Origin: an uncultured Acidimicrobiales bacterium
GTDB lineage: Bacteria; Actinomycetota; Acidimicrobiia; Acidimicrobiales; SZUA-35
NCBI GenBank assembly: GCA_963775125.1
Contig: CAVZHQ010000007.1
Location: forward strand, 488,059-552,058
DNA length: 64,000 nucleotides
Direction: 5' to 3'
In this document: positions 31,460 to 41,380 of the stretch, one piece after another
Numbering within the stretch: position 1 is the stretch's first letter
How the letters are laid out: the number at the start of each line of letters is the position of its first letter
The notes under the pieces: generated by a model
Database searches by the model: none
The model's input: only the letters and a program-made list of their open reading frames with translations
Told to the model about the DNA's origin: nothing
Position numbers and translations under genes: made by a program

Positions 31460-31489
31460 CACCATCTCGCTTGAAACCATCTCGCCTGA
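31445..31489. repeat. 15-bp tandem repeat x3 spanning the birA stop codon
   Basis: The copies are CACCATCTCGCTTGA, CACCATCTCGCTTGA and AACCATCTCGCCTGA. Each copy ends in a TGA that is in the birA frame. Confidence 0.85.
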
Positions 31490-31551
31490 GAGACCGGCTG
31501 GTTGCCCTGAAGGCTCATGTTCCTGGGCCGTTTGGCCGATGGGGGTGGGTC

Positions 31552-32934
31552 ATGAGTTTTGTCCCCGGTTCTCGATCGTCCTCTCTCGCCGCGTTCTTCC
31601 TCGTACTCTCGCTCAGCGCACCGGTGGTCGCTCAGGAGACGACGGTCACCGCCACCCCGGTCACCGCGGCAACCGAGGTGTCGGATGAGACGACCACCAC
31701 GGTCGGCCCGACGACCACGGTGCCCGGAACCAATCCTGATGGCACGACCGCGGTCACCAACCCGGATGGCACACCCGCGGTCACCAACCCGGACGGCACT
31801 CCGGTGGTGACCAACCCGGACGGCACCCCGGTGGTGACCGGCGATGACAAAGGCGCAGGCGAGGAACCCCCGGACCAGACACCGCCCACCATCGACCTCA
31901 CGGTGCCACCTCGAGGTTTGTACGACGGGCAGGCCCAGGCACCCGTGAGCCAGGTTCTGGTCAGCAACGTCAAGGAAGCTCGAGCGAAACTCAAGGCCGC
32001 TGAGCAAGCGCACAACGAGGCCATCGCCTTGGTCAAGGTCCTCCGTCTCCGGCAAAAGGCGCTGCAGGTGGAACGCGACCAGCTCGACACGCAAACCAAG
32101 GAGACGTTGGCGCAGTTGCAGGCCGCGCAGGAGCGGATGAGTTTGCGAGCGCTCATGGCCTTTGTCGAGGGAGGGTCGTCAGGCCTTTCGGGCTCACTCA
32201 GTTCGGCGGTCGATTCCGACGCTGCCCTCGAGTACGAAGCGCGCCAGACCTTGGTCGAGACCGTGTTCGAAACCGACGAGGAGGTGATCGCCGAGTACGA
32301 CCGGCTCCGAGAGGCGCTCGATGCGCAGACCCTCGGCCTCTTCGATCGGGAACGGGTTGTCAACGAGTCGATGGCCGGCGCCGTGGCCACAGTCGACGAA
32401 AAGGCGGCCGAGATCGAGCAGGCGAAGCGGGAACTCGAATCCTTCGAAGCGGGCAGCCAGATCTACGTCGAAGGCGTCATCTTCCCCATCCAGTGGCCCT
32501 ACGAGGTCCCGCTCATCGACTCCTGGGGGTTCCCCCGCATGACCGGGACCGCCGACGCCCACTGGCACGAGGGCATCGATCTCTTTGCTCCGGCCGGCAC
32601 GCCGCTGCTGGCGACCGAACGAGGCATCGTGACCAAGATCGGTTCGGGCCGGCTCGGTGGCCTGCGGCTGTGGCTCCGCGGCGAATCCGGCACCGACTGG
32701 TACTACGCCCACCTGTCGGCCTTCGCTCCCAAACTCTCCGAGGGCCAGGTGGTGGAAGCCGGCGAGTTGCTGGGCTACGTGGGCAACACGGGGAACGCGG
32801 TCGGCACGCCGCCTCACCTGCACATGCAGGTTCACCCCAATGGTGGCGACCCGGTCAATCCCTATCCGCTCCTGAAGGTCGTCTCGGATCGGGAGTTGGC
32901 CGTCCTCGAAGGCGTCGCGGCAGAACGGGACTGA
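31552..32934 (+). CDS. Secreted M23 (LytM) peptidase with coiled-coil N-terminal region
   Basis: ATG 31552. Signal peptide MSFVPGSRSSSLAAFFLVLSLSAPVVAQ, a Thr/Pro linker, and a long helical region. M23 core HEGIDLFAP...GNTGNAVGTPPHLHMQVHP. Confidence 0.85.
   Translation: MSFVPGSRSSSLAAFFLVLSLSAPVVAQETTVTATPVTAATEVSDETTTTVGPTTTVPGTNPDGTTAVTNPDGTPAVTNPDGTPVVTNPDGTPVVTGDDKGAGEEPPDQTPPTIDLTVPPRGLYDGQAQAPVSQVLVSNVKEARAKLKAAEQAHNEAIALVKVLRLRQKALQVERDQLDTQTKETLAQLQAAQERMSLRALMAFVEGGSSGLSGSLSSAVDSDAALEYEARQTLVETVFETDEEVIAEYDRLREALDAQTLGLFDRERVVNESMAGAVATVDEKAAEIEQAKRELESFEAGSQIYVEGVIFPIQWPYEVPLIDSWGFPRMTGTADAHWHEGIDLFAPAGTPLLATERGIVTKIGSGRLGGLRLWLRGESGTDWYYAHLSAFAPKLSEGQVVEAGELLGYVGNTGNAVGTPPHLHMQVHPNGGDPVNPYPLLKVVSDRELAVLEGVAAERD
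31729..31836. repeat. 27-bp in-frame tandem repeat x4 (TNPDGTPVV) in the M23 linker
   Basis: Four copies of ACCAAYCCNGAYGGCACNCCNGYGGTS encode TNPDGTTAV, TNPDGTPAV, TNPDGTPVV and TNPDGTPVV. Confidence 0.85.
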
Positions 32935-33707
32935 GCCCGTGCCGTGTAGCGGCCGTCGATCAGGCTCAGCTCGACCGGCATCGAGAAGGTCTCGGACATC
33001 ACCTCCGCAGTGAGCGTCGGGCCGATGGGGCCACGGGCGACGACTCGCCCGTCGTTGATGGCGAGGACATGGGTCGAGGTTGGTGGAATGTCTTCGACGT
33101 GGTGGGTGACGAGCACCGTCGACGGGCCGGTTTCGGCCAGTCCGATGAGGGTGGCCACCAGCTCCTCGCGCCCGCTGAGGTCGAGGCCGGCCGTGGGCTC
33201 GTCGAGCAGCAACAAGTCAGGTTCGTTGACGAGGGCCCGGGCCATCAGCACGCGTTGGCGTTCCCCCGAGCTGAGTGTGGCGAAGGTGCGTTCGGAGAAT
33301 CCATCGAGGCCCACCCGACCGAGCGCGGTCAACGCGGCCGTCGTGTCGGCCTCGGTGTAGGTGTGCCACCAGGGCTCCAGCGCGCCCGTCCTGCCGCAAC
33401 GAACGATTTCTTCTGCGGTGAGACGGCCCCGGAGTTGGGCGGCCAACCCGGCCGAAGCCAATCCGATCTTCGCTCGGAGCGGCCGCACATCGACCCGACC
33501 GAGCTCGTGACCGAGCAGGTGAAGCGATCCCGCCGAAGGGTGCAGCTGCAGACCGGCGAGGCGAATCAAGGTGCTCTTGCCGCTCCCGTTCGGTCCGACG
33601 ATGACCCAGTGCTGATCGACCTCGATCTCCCAGGAGAGTCGATGGAGGACCGTCCGGCGGTCGATCACCACCGACGCGTCGGTGAGCGTGAGAAGTGGGG
33701 CGTGCAT
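32862..33707 (-). CDS. ABC-type ATP-binding protein without adjacent permease
   Basis: From ATG 33707. Walker A GPNGSGKSTL, signature LSSGERQRV and Walker B LLLLDEPTAGLD. The 3' tail overlaps the convergent M23 gene by 73 nt. Confidence 0.8.
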   Translation of the reverse strand: MHAPLLTLTDASVVIDRRTVLHRLSWEIEVDQHWVIVGPNGSGKSTLIRLAGLQLHPSAGSLHLLGHELGRVDVRPLRAKIGLASAGLAAQLRGRLTAEEIVRCGRTGALEPWWHTYTEADTTAALTALGRVGLDGFSERTFATLSSGERQRVLMARALVNEPDLLLLDEPTAGLDLSGREELVATLIGLAETGPSTVLVTHHVEDIPPTSTHVLAINDGRVVARGPIGPTLTAEVMSETFSMPVELSLIDGRYTARAQSRSAATPSRTANSRSETTFRSG

Positions 33708-33772
33708 CGGCGCGAACCTAGCGGCAGGTCGTTCGCCCTTTCGCTTCTGACCCGCCACTATCCTCGGCGGAG

Positions 33773-35098
33773 GTGTCCACGTTCCTCGGTCTGATCGTCA
33801 TTGTGCTGCTCGTGGCAGCGACCGGCCTGTTCGTGGCCATCGAGTTTGCGTTGCTGGCCGCCGATCGGGCTCGTCTGCACGCCCGGGCCGAGGCGGGTTC
33901 GCGTCCGGCGCGCCTGGTACTGGTGGCACTGAAGCGGTTGTCCTTCTACCTCGCCGGCGCACAGTTGGGCATCACCATCACCAGTCTCGTGCTGGGCTTC
34001 CTGGCCGAACCGCTGGTCGGTCACCTGATCGATCCTGGGGTCGAGGCGTTGGGTGGCACCGGTGGCTCGACCGTGTCGGTGGTGCTCGCCCTGTTCCTGG
34101 CCACGGTGTTCTCGATGGTGGTCGGCGAACTCATTCCCAAGAATCTGGCCATCGCCAAACCGGAAGCCGTGGCGCTTGCGGTGACGCCGATCGTGACCGT
34201 GATCTTCACCGTGCTCGGTCCGTTCGTGCGACTGTTCAACGGCGTTGCCAACTGGGCCGTTCGCCGACTCGGTGTCGAGCCCCAAGAGGAGTTGGCGGCC
34301 GTACGTTCGCTCGAAGAACTCGAGTACCTGATCCGGGCCTCCGGCGATTCCGGCACCCTGAGGGCCGAGGAACTCAATCTGCTCAAGCGAACGCTGCGGT
34401 TCGGCGAGAAGACCGCGGCCGAGGCGCTCACCCCTCGTGTGCATCTCGAGGCGGTGCCGGTGACCGCCGTCGTCGGCGAGGTCCACGACCTCGCGCTCTC
34501 CACGGGCCACAGTCACTATCCGATCTACGGCGAAGACCTCGACGATATCCGTGGGGTCATCTCGGTCACGGCGCTGTTCGGCCTTCCCATCGGCGTCCGC
34601 CGGACCGAGCCGGTGGCAACACTGATGACCGAGCCCCATGTCGTTCCCGAAACTCGAGCGCTGCTCGATCTCCTCGACGATTTCCGGACCCTCGAAGCCG
34701 AACTTTTCGTCGTGATCGACGAGCACGGCGGCACCGCAGGCGTCATCACGCTCGAGGACGTCCTCGAGGAGATCACCGGGGACATCGACGACGAATACGA
34801 CGTCGAGGCTCCGTTGACCGTGGTCCGTAGCGGTGTTTCGGTCGTCGCCGGCACCAAGACGGCCGACGAGGTCGCCGATGCAAGCGGGTTCGACATGCCC
34901 GAGGGCGACTACGAGACCATCGCTGGTTTCATGCTGGACCAGCTCGGCCACATCCCGGTGGCGGGAGAACAGGTGGCGGCCGACGGATGGACCCTCGAGG
35001 TGGTCGAGATGGACCGTCACCGTATTGCCTCGGTCCAGTTGGTCGCGCCCGAAGATCCGGCGAACGCAGACGTGATCGACCAGGGTCTGCTGCGATGA
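33773..35098 (+). CDS. CNNM/TlyC-family membrane protein (DUF21 + CBS pair + CorC_HlyC)
   Basis: Four N-terminal TM helices including GAQLGITITSL. Also GELIPKNLAIAKPE, a CBS pair, and a C-terminal ...GWTLEVVEMDRHRIASVQL transporter-associated domain. Confidence 0.85.
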   Translation: MSTFLGLIVIVLLVAATGLFVAIEFALLAADRARLHARAEAGSRPARLVLVALKRLSFYLAGAQLGITITSLVLGFLAEPLVGHLIDPGVEALGGTGGSTVSVVLALFLATVFSMVVGELIPKNLAIAKPEAVALAVTPIVTVIFTVLGPFVRLFNGVANWAVRRLGVEPQEELAAVRSLEELEYLIRASGDSGTLRAEELNLLKRTLRFGEKTAAEALTPRVHLEAVPVTAVVGEVHDLALSTGHSHYPIYGEDLDDIRGVISVTALFGLPIGVRRTEPVATLMTEPHVVPETRALLDLLDDFRTLEAELFVVIDEHGGTAGVITLEDVLEEITGDIDDEYDVEAPLTVVRSGVSVVAGTKTADEVADASGFDMPEGDYETIAGFMLDQLGHIPVAGEQVAADGWTLEVVEMDRHRIASVQLVAPEDPANADVIDQGLLR

Positions 35099-36210
35099 TG
35101 GTTCCCGCAATGACGGGGGCGCTCGTGCTGGCCACCGAGGCCGGTCACCACTTGTCGGGATCGACGCTGGCGTACTCGTTGATCGCTGCCGTCGTGCTGA
35201 TCTTCGTCAACGGCTTCTTCGTCGCCTACGAGTTCGCCATCATGGCCGCCAAGCGGTCGGTCTTCGAAGCGCGAGCCGAGAAGGGTGGGCGAGTGGCGGA
35301 GGCGGCGCTGGCCAGCATCTCCGACCTCACCATGCAGCTCGCCGGCGCGCAGCTCGGGATCACCGTTGCCTCCTTGGCCCTCGGCTACGTGGGTGAACCC
35401 GCGGTTGCCAGCCTGCTCGAGTCGATGCTGGGTTCGACGTTCTCCGAGGACGTGACCCGTATCGGAAGTTTCGTGGTTGCGCTGAGCATCGTCGCCTTCC
35501 TCCACCTCGTCGTTGGCGAGATGATCCCGAAGAACCTCGCCATTGCCGGCGCGGAAAAGACGACCTCGATTCTCGTCCTTCCCTATCGGGCCTACCTGTG
35601 GTGTGTCCGCCCGTTCGTGATGTTCCTGAATTGGTTGGCCAACGTCAGCTGCCGGCTGATGGGCGTCGAGCCCCGCGACGAGCTGAAGACGAGCCACTCG
35701 GTGTCCGAGTTGGCCTCGATCGTCGCCACCGCGTTCGAGGAAGGGGCGCTCGAGGGCGACAGCGCCGAGCTCCTGCACGACGCCCTCGGGTTCGCCCAAC
35801 GGCCCGTCTCCGATGTTGCAACCCCGATCGCCGACATCGCAACGGTTCGCTTCGGGGCAACCCCCGCTCAGGCCGAGCGTGTGATTCTGAACTCGGGTCA
35901 GACCCGAGTTCCGATCGTTGCGTCAGCTCGGGGTCAGATGCGTCTGGTGGGTTATCTCCACACGAAGGACCTCCTGAGCATCGAGCCATCCGAGCGCTTC
36001 ACCCCGATTCCGGCGGGGCTTCATCGACCGATGGTGCTCGTCCGTGCCGATCGGCCCGTCATCGATGTGCTGCGCACGATGCGCCGGCTGCGCCGTCAGC
36101 TGGCCGTCGTCATCGGTGACGGCGAGCCTGTCGGCGTCGTCTCTGTCGAGCAGATCATTCGGGCCTTGGTCGAGTCCGATCTCGGGTCGGTAGCCGAGCC
36201 TTCGCTCTGA
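35095..36210 (+). CDS. CNNM/TlyC-family membrane protein (DUF21 + CBS pair, no CorC domain)
   Basis: The start overlaps the upstream stop (ATGATG at 35095-35100). Paralogous blocks GAQLGITVASL and GEMIPKNLAIAGAE. The protein ends after the second CBS domain. Confidence 0.8.
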   Translation: MMVPAMTGALVLATEAGHHLSGSTLAYSLIAAVVLIFVNGFFVAYEFAIMAAKRSVFEARAEKGGRVAEAALASISDLTMQLAGAQLGITVASLALGYVGEPAVASLLESMLGSTFSEDVTRIGSFVVALSIVAFLHLVVGEMIPKNLAIAGAEKTTSILVLPYRAYLWCVRPFVMFLNWLANVSCRLMGVEPRDELKTSHSVSELASIVATAFEEGALEGDSAELLHDALGFAQRPVSDVATPIADIATVRFGATPAQAERVILNSGQTRVPIVASARGQMRLVGYLHTKDLLSIEPSERFTPIPAGLHRPMVLVRADRPVIDVLRTMRRLRRQLAVVIGDGEPVGVVSVEQIIRALVESDLGSVAEPSL

Positions 36211-36268
36211 GTGGTTGGTTCCCACCCAGCATGGTGCGCGCGCGTGGCGAGGCGGCTAGCCTGCGCCC

Positions 36269-37339
36269 GTGTCCAGAGGGCGACGTTCAACAGTCACGCT
36301 GGTTCTCGCTGCGATGGTCTGCATCGCCGGCGTGGTCGTGGCCGCGTTTTCCGGGCCGGCGGAGGCAGCAAAGACGGCGGGGCTGGTCGAGACACGCGAA
36401 CGGGTTCAGCAGCTGACGCAAGAGCTCTCCGATGCCGAGACACGGCTGAGTCAACTCCAGCTCGAAGCAAACGGTGCGGTCACCCAAGCCCAGCTGCTTC
36501 AGGCCGAGGTCGACGGGCTCATGGGCGAAGTGGAGAGCGCAGCCATCACCGACTTCGTCGAGGGCCCCAGCGGCAGCGCGCTTCTCGATGCTCAGGACGT
36601 GACGTCCTCGATCCGGGCGGAAGTGCTGGCCGATGCTGCCATCGGTCACGACACCGAATCACTGGAGGATTTCCGCGGTCTCTTCGAGGACCTCGCCCTG
36701 GCCAAGGAAGCGGTCGACGCCAGCCTGGCTGCGCAAGATCAGGCGGTGAGCGGACTACGCGAGAAACGGGTGGAGCTGGGCGAGCAGCTCGAACGGCTCG
36801 AGGAGCTGGAGCGAGAGCGCATCGAGGCTGAGCGGCGCCGGGCAGCCGAAGTCGCCGCAGCGGAGGCCGCTCGCAAGGCCGCAGGGTCCGGGGGATCGGG
36901 AGGCCGTTCCGGCGGCCGCGGTTCCGGAGGCGGCGGTTCCGGGGCGAGCAGCGGGACGTTGCAGTTCTGCCCGGTCGGTGGTGCAGTGTCGTTCATCGAC
37001 AGCTGGGGTTTCCCGAGGTCGGGCGGGCGCCGCCACAAGGGCGTCGACATGATGGCGTCGACCGGCACCCCGGTAGTGGCACCCGTGGGCGGCAGCGTGA
37101 CCCACCGGTCCAACAGCGTCGGCGGGCGGTCCTTCCACCTCAACGGCAACGACGGTAACTACTACTACGGAACCCACCTGTCGGGCTACGGCGAGAACGG
37201 ATCGGTGTCGGCGGGGACCATCATCGGCTACGTCGGAGACGACGGCAACGCCGCAGGCATGCCACACCTGCATTTCGAGATCCACCCCGGTGGCGGGGGA
37301 GCGGTGAACCCCTATCCCGCCGTTCGCTCCGCCTGTTGA
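36269..37339 (+). CDS. Secreted M23 (LytM) peptidase with coiled-coil N-terminal region
   Basis: TM/signal sequence [26 protein letters not shown], a helical region and a Gly/Ser linker. M23 core HKGVDMMAS...[18 protein letters not shown]. Confidence 0.85.
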   Translation: MSRGRRSTVTLVLAAMVCIAGVVVAAFSGPAEAAKTAGLVETRERVQQLTQELSDAETRLSQLQLEANGAVTQAQLLQAEVDGLMGEVESAAITDFVEGPSGSALLDAQDVTSSIRAEVLADAAIGHDTESLEDFRGLFEDLALAKEAVDASLAAQDQAVSGLREKRVELGEQLERLEELERERIEAERRRAAEVAAAEAARKAAGSGGSGGRSGGRGSGGGGSGASSGTLQFCPVGGAVSFIDSWGFPRSGGRRHKGVDMMASTGTPVVAPVGGSVTHRSNSVGGRSFHLNGNDGNYYYGTHLSGYGENGSVSAGTIIGYVGDDGNAAGMPHLHFEIHPGGGGAVNPYPAVRSAC

Positions 37340-37344
37340 GGCGG

Positions 37345-38112
37345 TTATGCGCCGATGATCGAGTAGCCGCCGTCGACGTGGATGATCTGACCGGTGGTGT
37401 GAGGGAACCAGTCCGAAAGCAACGCCGCGCAGGCTTTGGCGACGCCGGTCGAGTCGTTGACGTCCCAGCCGAGCGGCGCACGCTTGACCCACTCTTCCTC
37501 GAAGGTCGCAAAGCCCGGAATCGACTTGGCGGCGATGGTCCGCATGGGGCCCGCGGCCACCAGGTTGCAGCGGATCTGCTCCTTGCCCAGTTCGCGGGCG
37601 AGGTAGCGGTTGAGTGACTCCATGGCTGCCTTGGCCATGCCCATCCAGTTGTAGGCGGGCCAGGCGACCGTGGCGTCGAAGGTGAGCCCGACGAGCGAAC
37701 CACCATCGGTCATGAGCGGCCGGACGATGTCGGCGAGACTGCGCAGCGAGTACGCCGAGACCTGCACGGCGATCGAGACGTCGTCCCAGGTCGCTCCGAA
37801 GAAGTCGTCGCCGAGGCAGGCGGCGGGAGCGAAACCGATGGAGTGCAGCGCGCCGTCGACCCGGCCCCATTTCTGGCGGAGATGCTCGCCGACCGCGGCG
37901 GCATGGTCGGTGTTGGCGATGTCGAGTTCGAGCACTTCGGGCACCGGATCGAGTTTGCGGGCGGTGCGCTGCGTCAGGCTGAGGGCGCGGCCGAAGCCGG
38001 TGAGGACGAGATCGGCTCCCTCCTCCTGGGCTTTCTTGGCGACACCGAAGGCCAGCGAGTCGTCGGTGAGCACGCCGGTGATGAGCAGATTCTTGTTCTC
38101 GAGAATTCCCAC
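37345..38112 (-). CDS. fabI: Enoyl-[acyl-carrier-protein] reductase (NADH), FabI/InhA type
   Basis: LLITGVLTDDSLAFGVAK and the Y-x6-K region AYNWMGMAKAAMESLNRY. Confidence 0.9.
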   Translation of the reverse strand: MGILENKNLLITGVLTDDSLAFGVAKKAQEEGADLVLTGFGRALSLTQRTARKLDPVPEVLELDIANTDHAAAVGEHLRQKWGRVDGALHSIGFAPAACLGDDFFGATWDDVSIAVQVSAYSLRSLADIVRPLMTDGGSLVGLTFDATVAWPAYNWMGMAKAAMESLNRYLARELGKEQIRCNLVAAGPMRTIAAKSIPGFATFEEEWVKRAPLGWDVNDSTGVAKACAALLSDWFPHTTGQIIHVDGGYSIIGA

Positions 38113-38206
38113 ACCCCATTGACTAGCCCAAGTGGGCGTCGGTTACGCACATCCCCAGGATTTCGCTACCCTCCGACGCGTGACGCGTGCCGATAGTCCA
38201 GCCTCC

Positions 38207-39367
38207 ATGAAGCCCGCCTCGACCAACCCCATGCGATTGTACGACACAGCCCGGCGCGAGATCGTCCCCTTCGAGCCCGGACCCGTCGTCCTCATGTACA
38301 CCTGCGGCATCACGCCTTACGACGCGACCCACTTGGGGCACGCTGCGGTCTACCTCACCTACGACGTGTTGCAACGCAGGTTGCGGGACCGCGGTCACGA
38401 GACCCGATGCGTCCGAAACATCACCGATGTCGACGACAGCATCCTCGGCAAGGCGCGGGAACTGGGTGTTCACTATCTCGATCTCGCTGCCGCCGAGACC
38501 GCCCGATTCGACAACGACATGATCGCTCTCGACATGCTGCCGGCGTGGTCCGAACCCCGGGCCACCTCGGCCATTGCCGACATCCGAGGCTTCATCGGCA
38601 TGGTGCTCGATCGCGGCTACGCCTATGAGGCCGGTGGCGGGGTGTACTTCGACGTGTCGAAGTGGGAAAAGTTCGGCTCGATCTCCGGCTACGACGACGC
38701 CACCATGCTCGCGTATGCCGCCGAACGCGGCGGTCGGCCCGACGACCCCCACAAGCGCAACCCGTTGGATTTCGTGTTGTGGCAGCCATCCGAAGAGGGT
38801 GAGCCGGCATGGGAGTCGTTGTGGGGGCCGGGTCGGCCCGGTTGGCACGTCGAGTGCTCGGCGTTGGCGCTACGCGAGCTGGGAACCACCATCGACCTGC
38901 ACGGCGGCGGCGGAGACCTGATTTTCCCCCATCACGAGTGCGAGGCAGCCCAGTCCGAAGCGGCGACCGGCGAGCCGTTCGTGCGTCACTGGATGCATCA
39001 GGCCATGGTCCGCATGGACGGGCAGAAGATGTCGAAGTCGCTCGGCAACCTGGTGTTCGTCAGCGAACTGCGCAAGACCTTCGATACCCGAGCCATTCGC
39101 CTCGGGGTCATCTCCAACCACTACCGGACCGAGTGGGAATGGTCCGAGGAGCTGATGCCGACGGCGCAAGCCCGGCTCGAACGCTGGTTGGCCACCAGCA
39201 GCAAGGGTGAAGGCGATCCCGGCGACGGCGCCCTCGACGACGTGCGGGCCGCGCTCGACGACGACCTCGACATCCCCGGCGCCATCGAGGCGATCGATCG
39301 GGCAGTCGCAGACGGAGCCGACGTCACGCTGGCCGCCCGGCTCCTCGGCATCGATCTGCTCGCCTGA
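38207..39367 (+). CDS. mshC: Cysteine:GlcN-Ins ligase (mycothiol ligase, CysRS paralog)
   Basis: HIGH-like TPYDATHLGHAA, ERGGRPDDPHKRNPLDFVLW, and KMSKSLGN. It is short (~390 aa) and lacks the CysRS anticodon domain. The track ORF starts at 38132; ATG 38207 is preferred. cysS is the alternative call. Confidence 0.75.
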   Translation: MKPASTNPMRLYDTARREIVPFEPGPVVLMYTCGITPYDATHLGHAAVYLTYDVLQRRLRDRGHETRCVRNITDVDDSILGKARELGVHYLDLAAAETARFDNDMIALDMLPAWSEPRATSAIADIRGFIGMVLDRGYAYEAGGGVYFDVSKWEKFGSISGYDDATMLAYAAERGGRPDDPHKRNPLDFVLWQPSEEGEPAWESLWGPGRPGWHVECSALALRELGTTIDLHGGGGDLIFPHHECEAAQSEAATGEPFVRHWMHQAMVRMDGQKMSKSLGNLVFVSELRKTFDTRAIRLGVISNHYRTEWEWSEELMPTAQARLERWLATSSKGEGDPGDGALDDVRAALDDDLDIPGAIEAIDRAVADGADVTLAARLLGIDLLA

Positions 39368-39400
39368 CCGAAGCGGCTTATTCGTCCGGGCCGCCGACGC

Positions 39401-41380
39401 TTGGCCCTTAGACTTGGGCGGGTGTCCAACATCCTGGTGAAGCTTCCCGACGGTTCCGAACGTGCTCTTCCCGAGGGTGCCACCGGAGCCGATCTGGCGG
39501 CCGACATCGGCAAGCGACTGGCGAAGGACGCCATCATCGTGGTGGTCGACGGCGTCGAGCAGGATCTCGACGTTGCCTTGCCCGATGGGGCGACCGTCGC
39601 CATCGTCACCCTTGACTCCGAAGCCGCGCTGCACACGCTGCGCCATTCGACGGCGCACGTCCTCGCCCAGGCCGTGCTCGAACTCTGGCCCGGCGCGACC
39701 TTCGCCATCGGTCCGCCGATCGAGGACGGCTTCTACTACGACTTCGAACTTCCGGGCGGCAAGACCTTCAACGACGAAGACCTTGTGGCCATCGACGCAA
39801 AAATGCGCGAGGTGGTGAAGGCCCGTCAGCCGTTCATCCGCTCCGAGATGCGTGCCGCCGAGGCCCGAGAGCTCATGGCAGCCCACCAGTACAAACGGGA
39901 GATCATCGACGCAGTCACCCGTGGCGATGTCGGCGAGCTGGCGGGCGAGGCCGGTGGTGAGATCATCAGCTTCTACCGCAACACCGACGACTTCGTCGAC
40001 ATGTGCGTCGGCCCCCACGTGCCCGACACCGGCAAGCTTGGGCACTTCAAACTGATGAAGGTGGCCGGGGCCTATTGGCGGGGCGACGAGAAACGCCCCA
40101 TGCTCCAACGCATCTACGGCACCGCGTGGACCAACAAGGCAGAGCTGCAGGCGCATCTGACCCGACTCGAAGAAGCGGCGGCCCGAGATCACCGCAAGCT
40201 GGCAAACGAACTCGACCTGCTGTCGTTCCCCTCCGAACTCGGTGGCGGTCTTGCCGTGTGGCATCCCAAGGGGGCCATCATCCGCAAGACCATGGAGGAC
40301 TACTCGAGACAACGCCACGAGAGCGGCGGGTACCAGTTCGTCTACACCCCGCATCTGGCCAACGCCCGACTCTTCGAGACCTCCGGTCACCTCGACTTCT
40401 ACGCCGACGGCATGTACCCGCCCATGGAGATGGACAACGGGACGTACTACCCGAAGCCGATGAACTGCCCGATGCACTGCATGATCTACAAGCACGGTCA
40501 ACGGTCCTACCGGGAGCTGCCGTTGCGGTTGTTCGAGCTGGGCACCGTCTATCGCTACGAGCGGGCCGGGACGCTCCACGGGCTCATGCGCATCCGGGGC
40601 TTCACCCAGGACGACTCCCACATCTATTGCACGCAGGAACAACTGCAGGACGAGATCGCCTCGTTGCTGGACTTCGTGATCTCGGTGCTCCGGGCCTTCG
40701 GGTTCGAGGAGTTCACCTTCAATCTGTCGACCAAGGACCCCGAGAAGTCTGTCGGAACCGACGAGATCTGGGACACCGCAACCGACGCGCTCCGTCGGGC
40801 CCTCGAGAGTCACGGCCTCGACTACAAGGTCAAGGAAGGTGACGCTGCGTTCTACGGCCCGAAGATCGACATCGACATCCGCGACGCCATCGGCCGTTCG
40901 TGGCAGCTGTCGACGATTCAGGCCGACTTCAACCTGCCGGAACGGTTCGACCTCGAGTACGTCGCGTCCGACGGTCAACGCAAACGCCCGATCATGTTGC
41001 ACCGTGCGCTGTTCGGGTCCGTCGAACGGTTCTTCGGGGTCCTCGTCGAACACTTCGCCGGGAACTTCCCCGCATGGCTGGCGCCGGTCCAGGCGGCGGT
41101 CCTTCCCGTTGCGGCCGAGTACCAGGCCTACGCCGAGAAGGTGGCAGCGGAATTGGCGGCCGGTGGGGTGCGGGTCGAGATCAGCGAGGCGCTCGATCCG
41201 CTTGGCAAGCGAATTCGGAACGCAAAGACGCAGAAACTTCCCTACATCCTGGTCGTCGGTGAATCCGACGTTTCCGCCGGGACGGTCGGCGTGAACCCCC
41301 GCGGCGGTGACGTCGAACGAGACGTGCCGCTCGCATCGTTCGCCCAGCGTTTGCTCGGCGAGATCGAGGCCCGAGTTTGA
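39401..41380 (+). CDS. thrS: Threonyl-tRNA synthetase
   Basis: TGS domain ILVKLPDGSERALPEG, editing-domain HSTAHVLAQA, and class II core ...YRYERAGTLHGLMRIRGFTQDD. The start may be GTG 39422. Confidence 0.95.
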   Translation: MALRLGRVSNILVKLPDGSERALPEGATGADLAADIGKRLAKDAIIVVVDGVEQDLDVALPDGATVAIVTLDSEAALHTLRHSTAHVLAQAVLELWPGATFAIGPPIEDGFYYDFELPGGKTFNDEDLVAIDAKMREVVKARQPFIRSEMRAAEARELMAAHQYKREIIDAVTRGDVGELAGEAGGEIISFYRNTDDFVDMCVGPHVPDTGKLGHFKLMKVAGAYWRGDEKRPMLQRIYGTAWTNKAELQAHLTRLEEAAARDHRKLANELDLLSFPSELGGGLAVWHPKGAIIRKTMEDYSRQRHESGGYQFVYTPHLANARLFETSGHLDFYADGMYPPMEMDNGTYYPKPMNCPMHCMIYKHGQRSYRELPLRLFELGTVYRYERAGTLHGLMRIRGFTQDDSHIYCTQEQLQDEIASLLDFVISVLRAFGFEEFTFNLSTKDPEKSVGTDEIWDTATDALRRALESHGLDYKVKEGDAAFYGPKIDIDIRDAIGRSWQLSTIQADFNLPERFDLEYVASDGQRKRPIMLHRALFGSVERFFGVLVEHFAGNFPAWLAPVQAAVLPVAAEYQAYAEKVAAELAAGGVRVEISEALDPLGKRIRNAKTQKLPYILVVGESDVSAGTVGVNPRGGDVERDVPLASFAQRLLGEIEARV

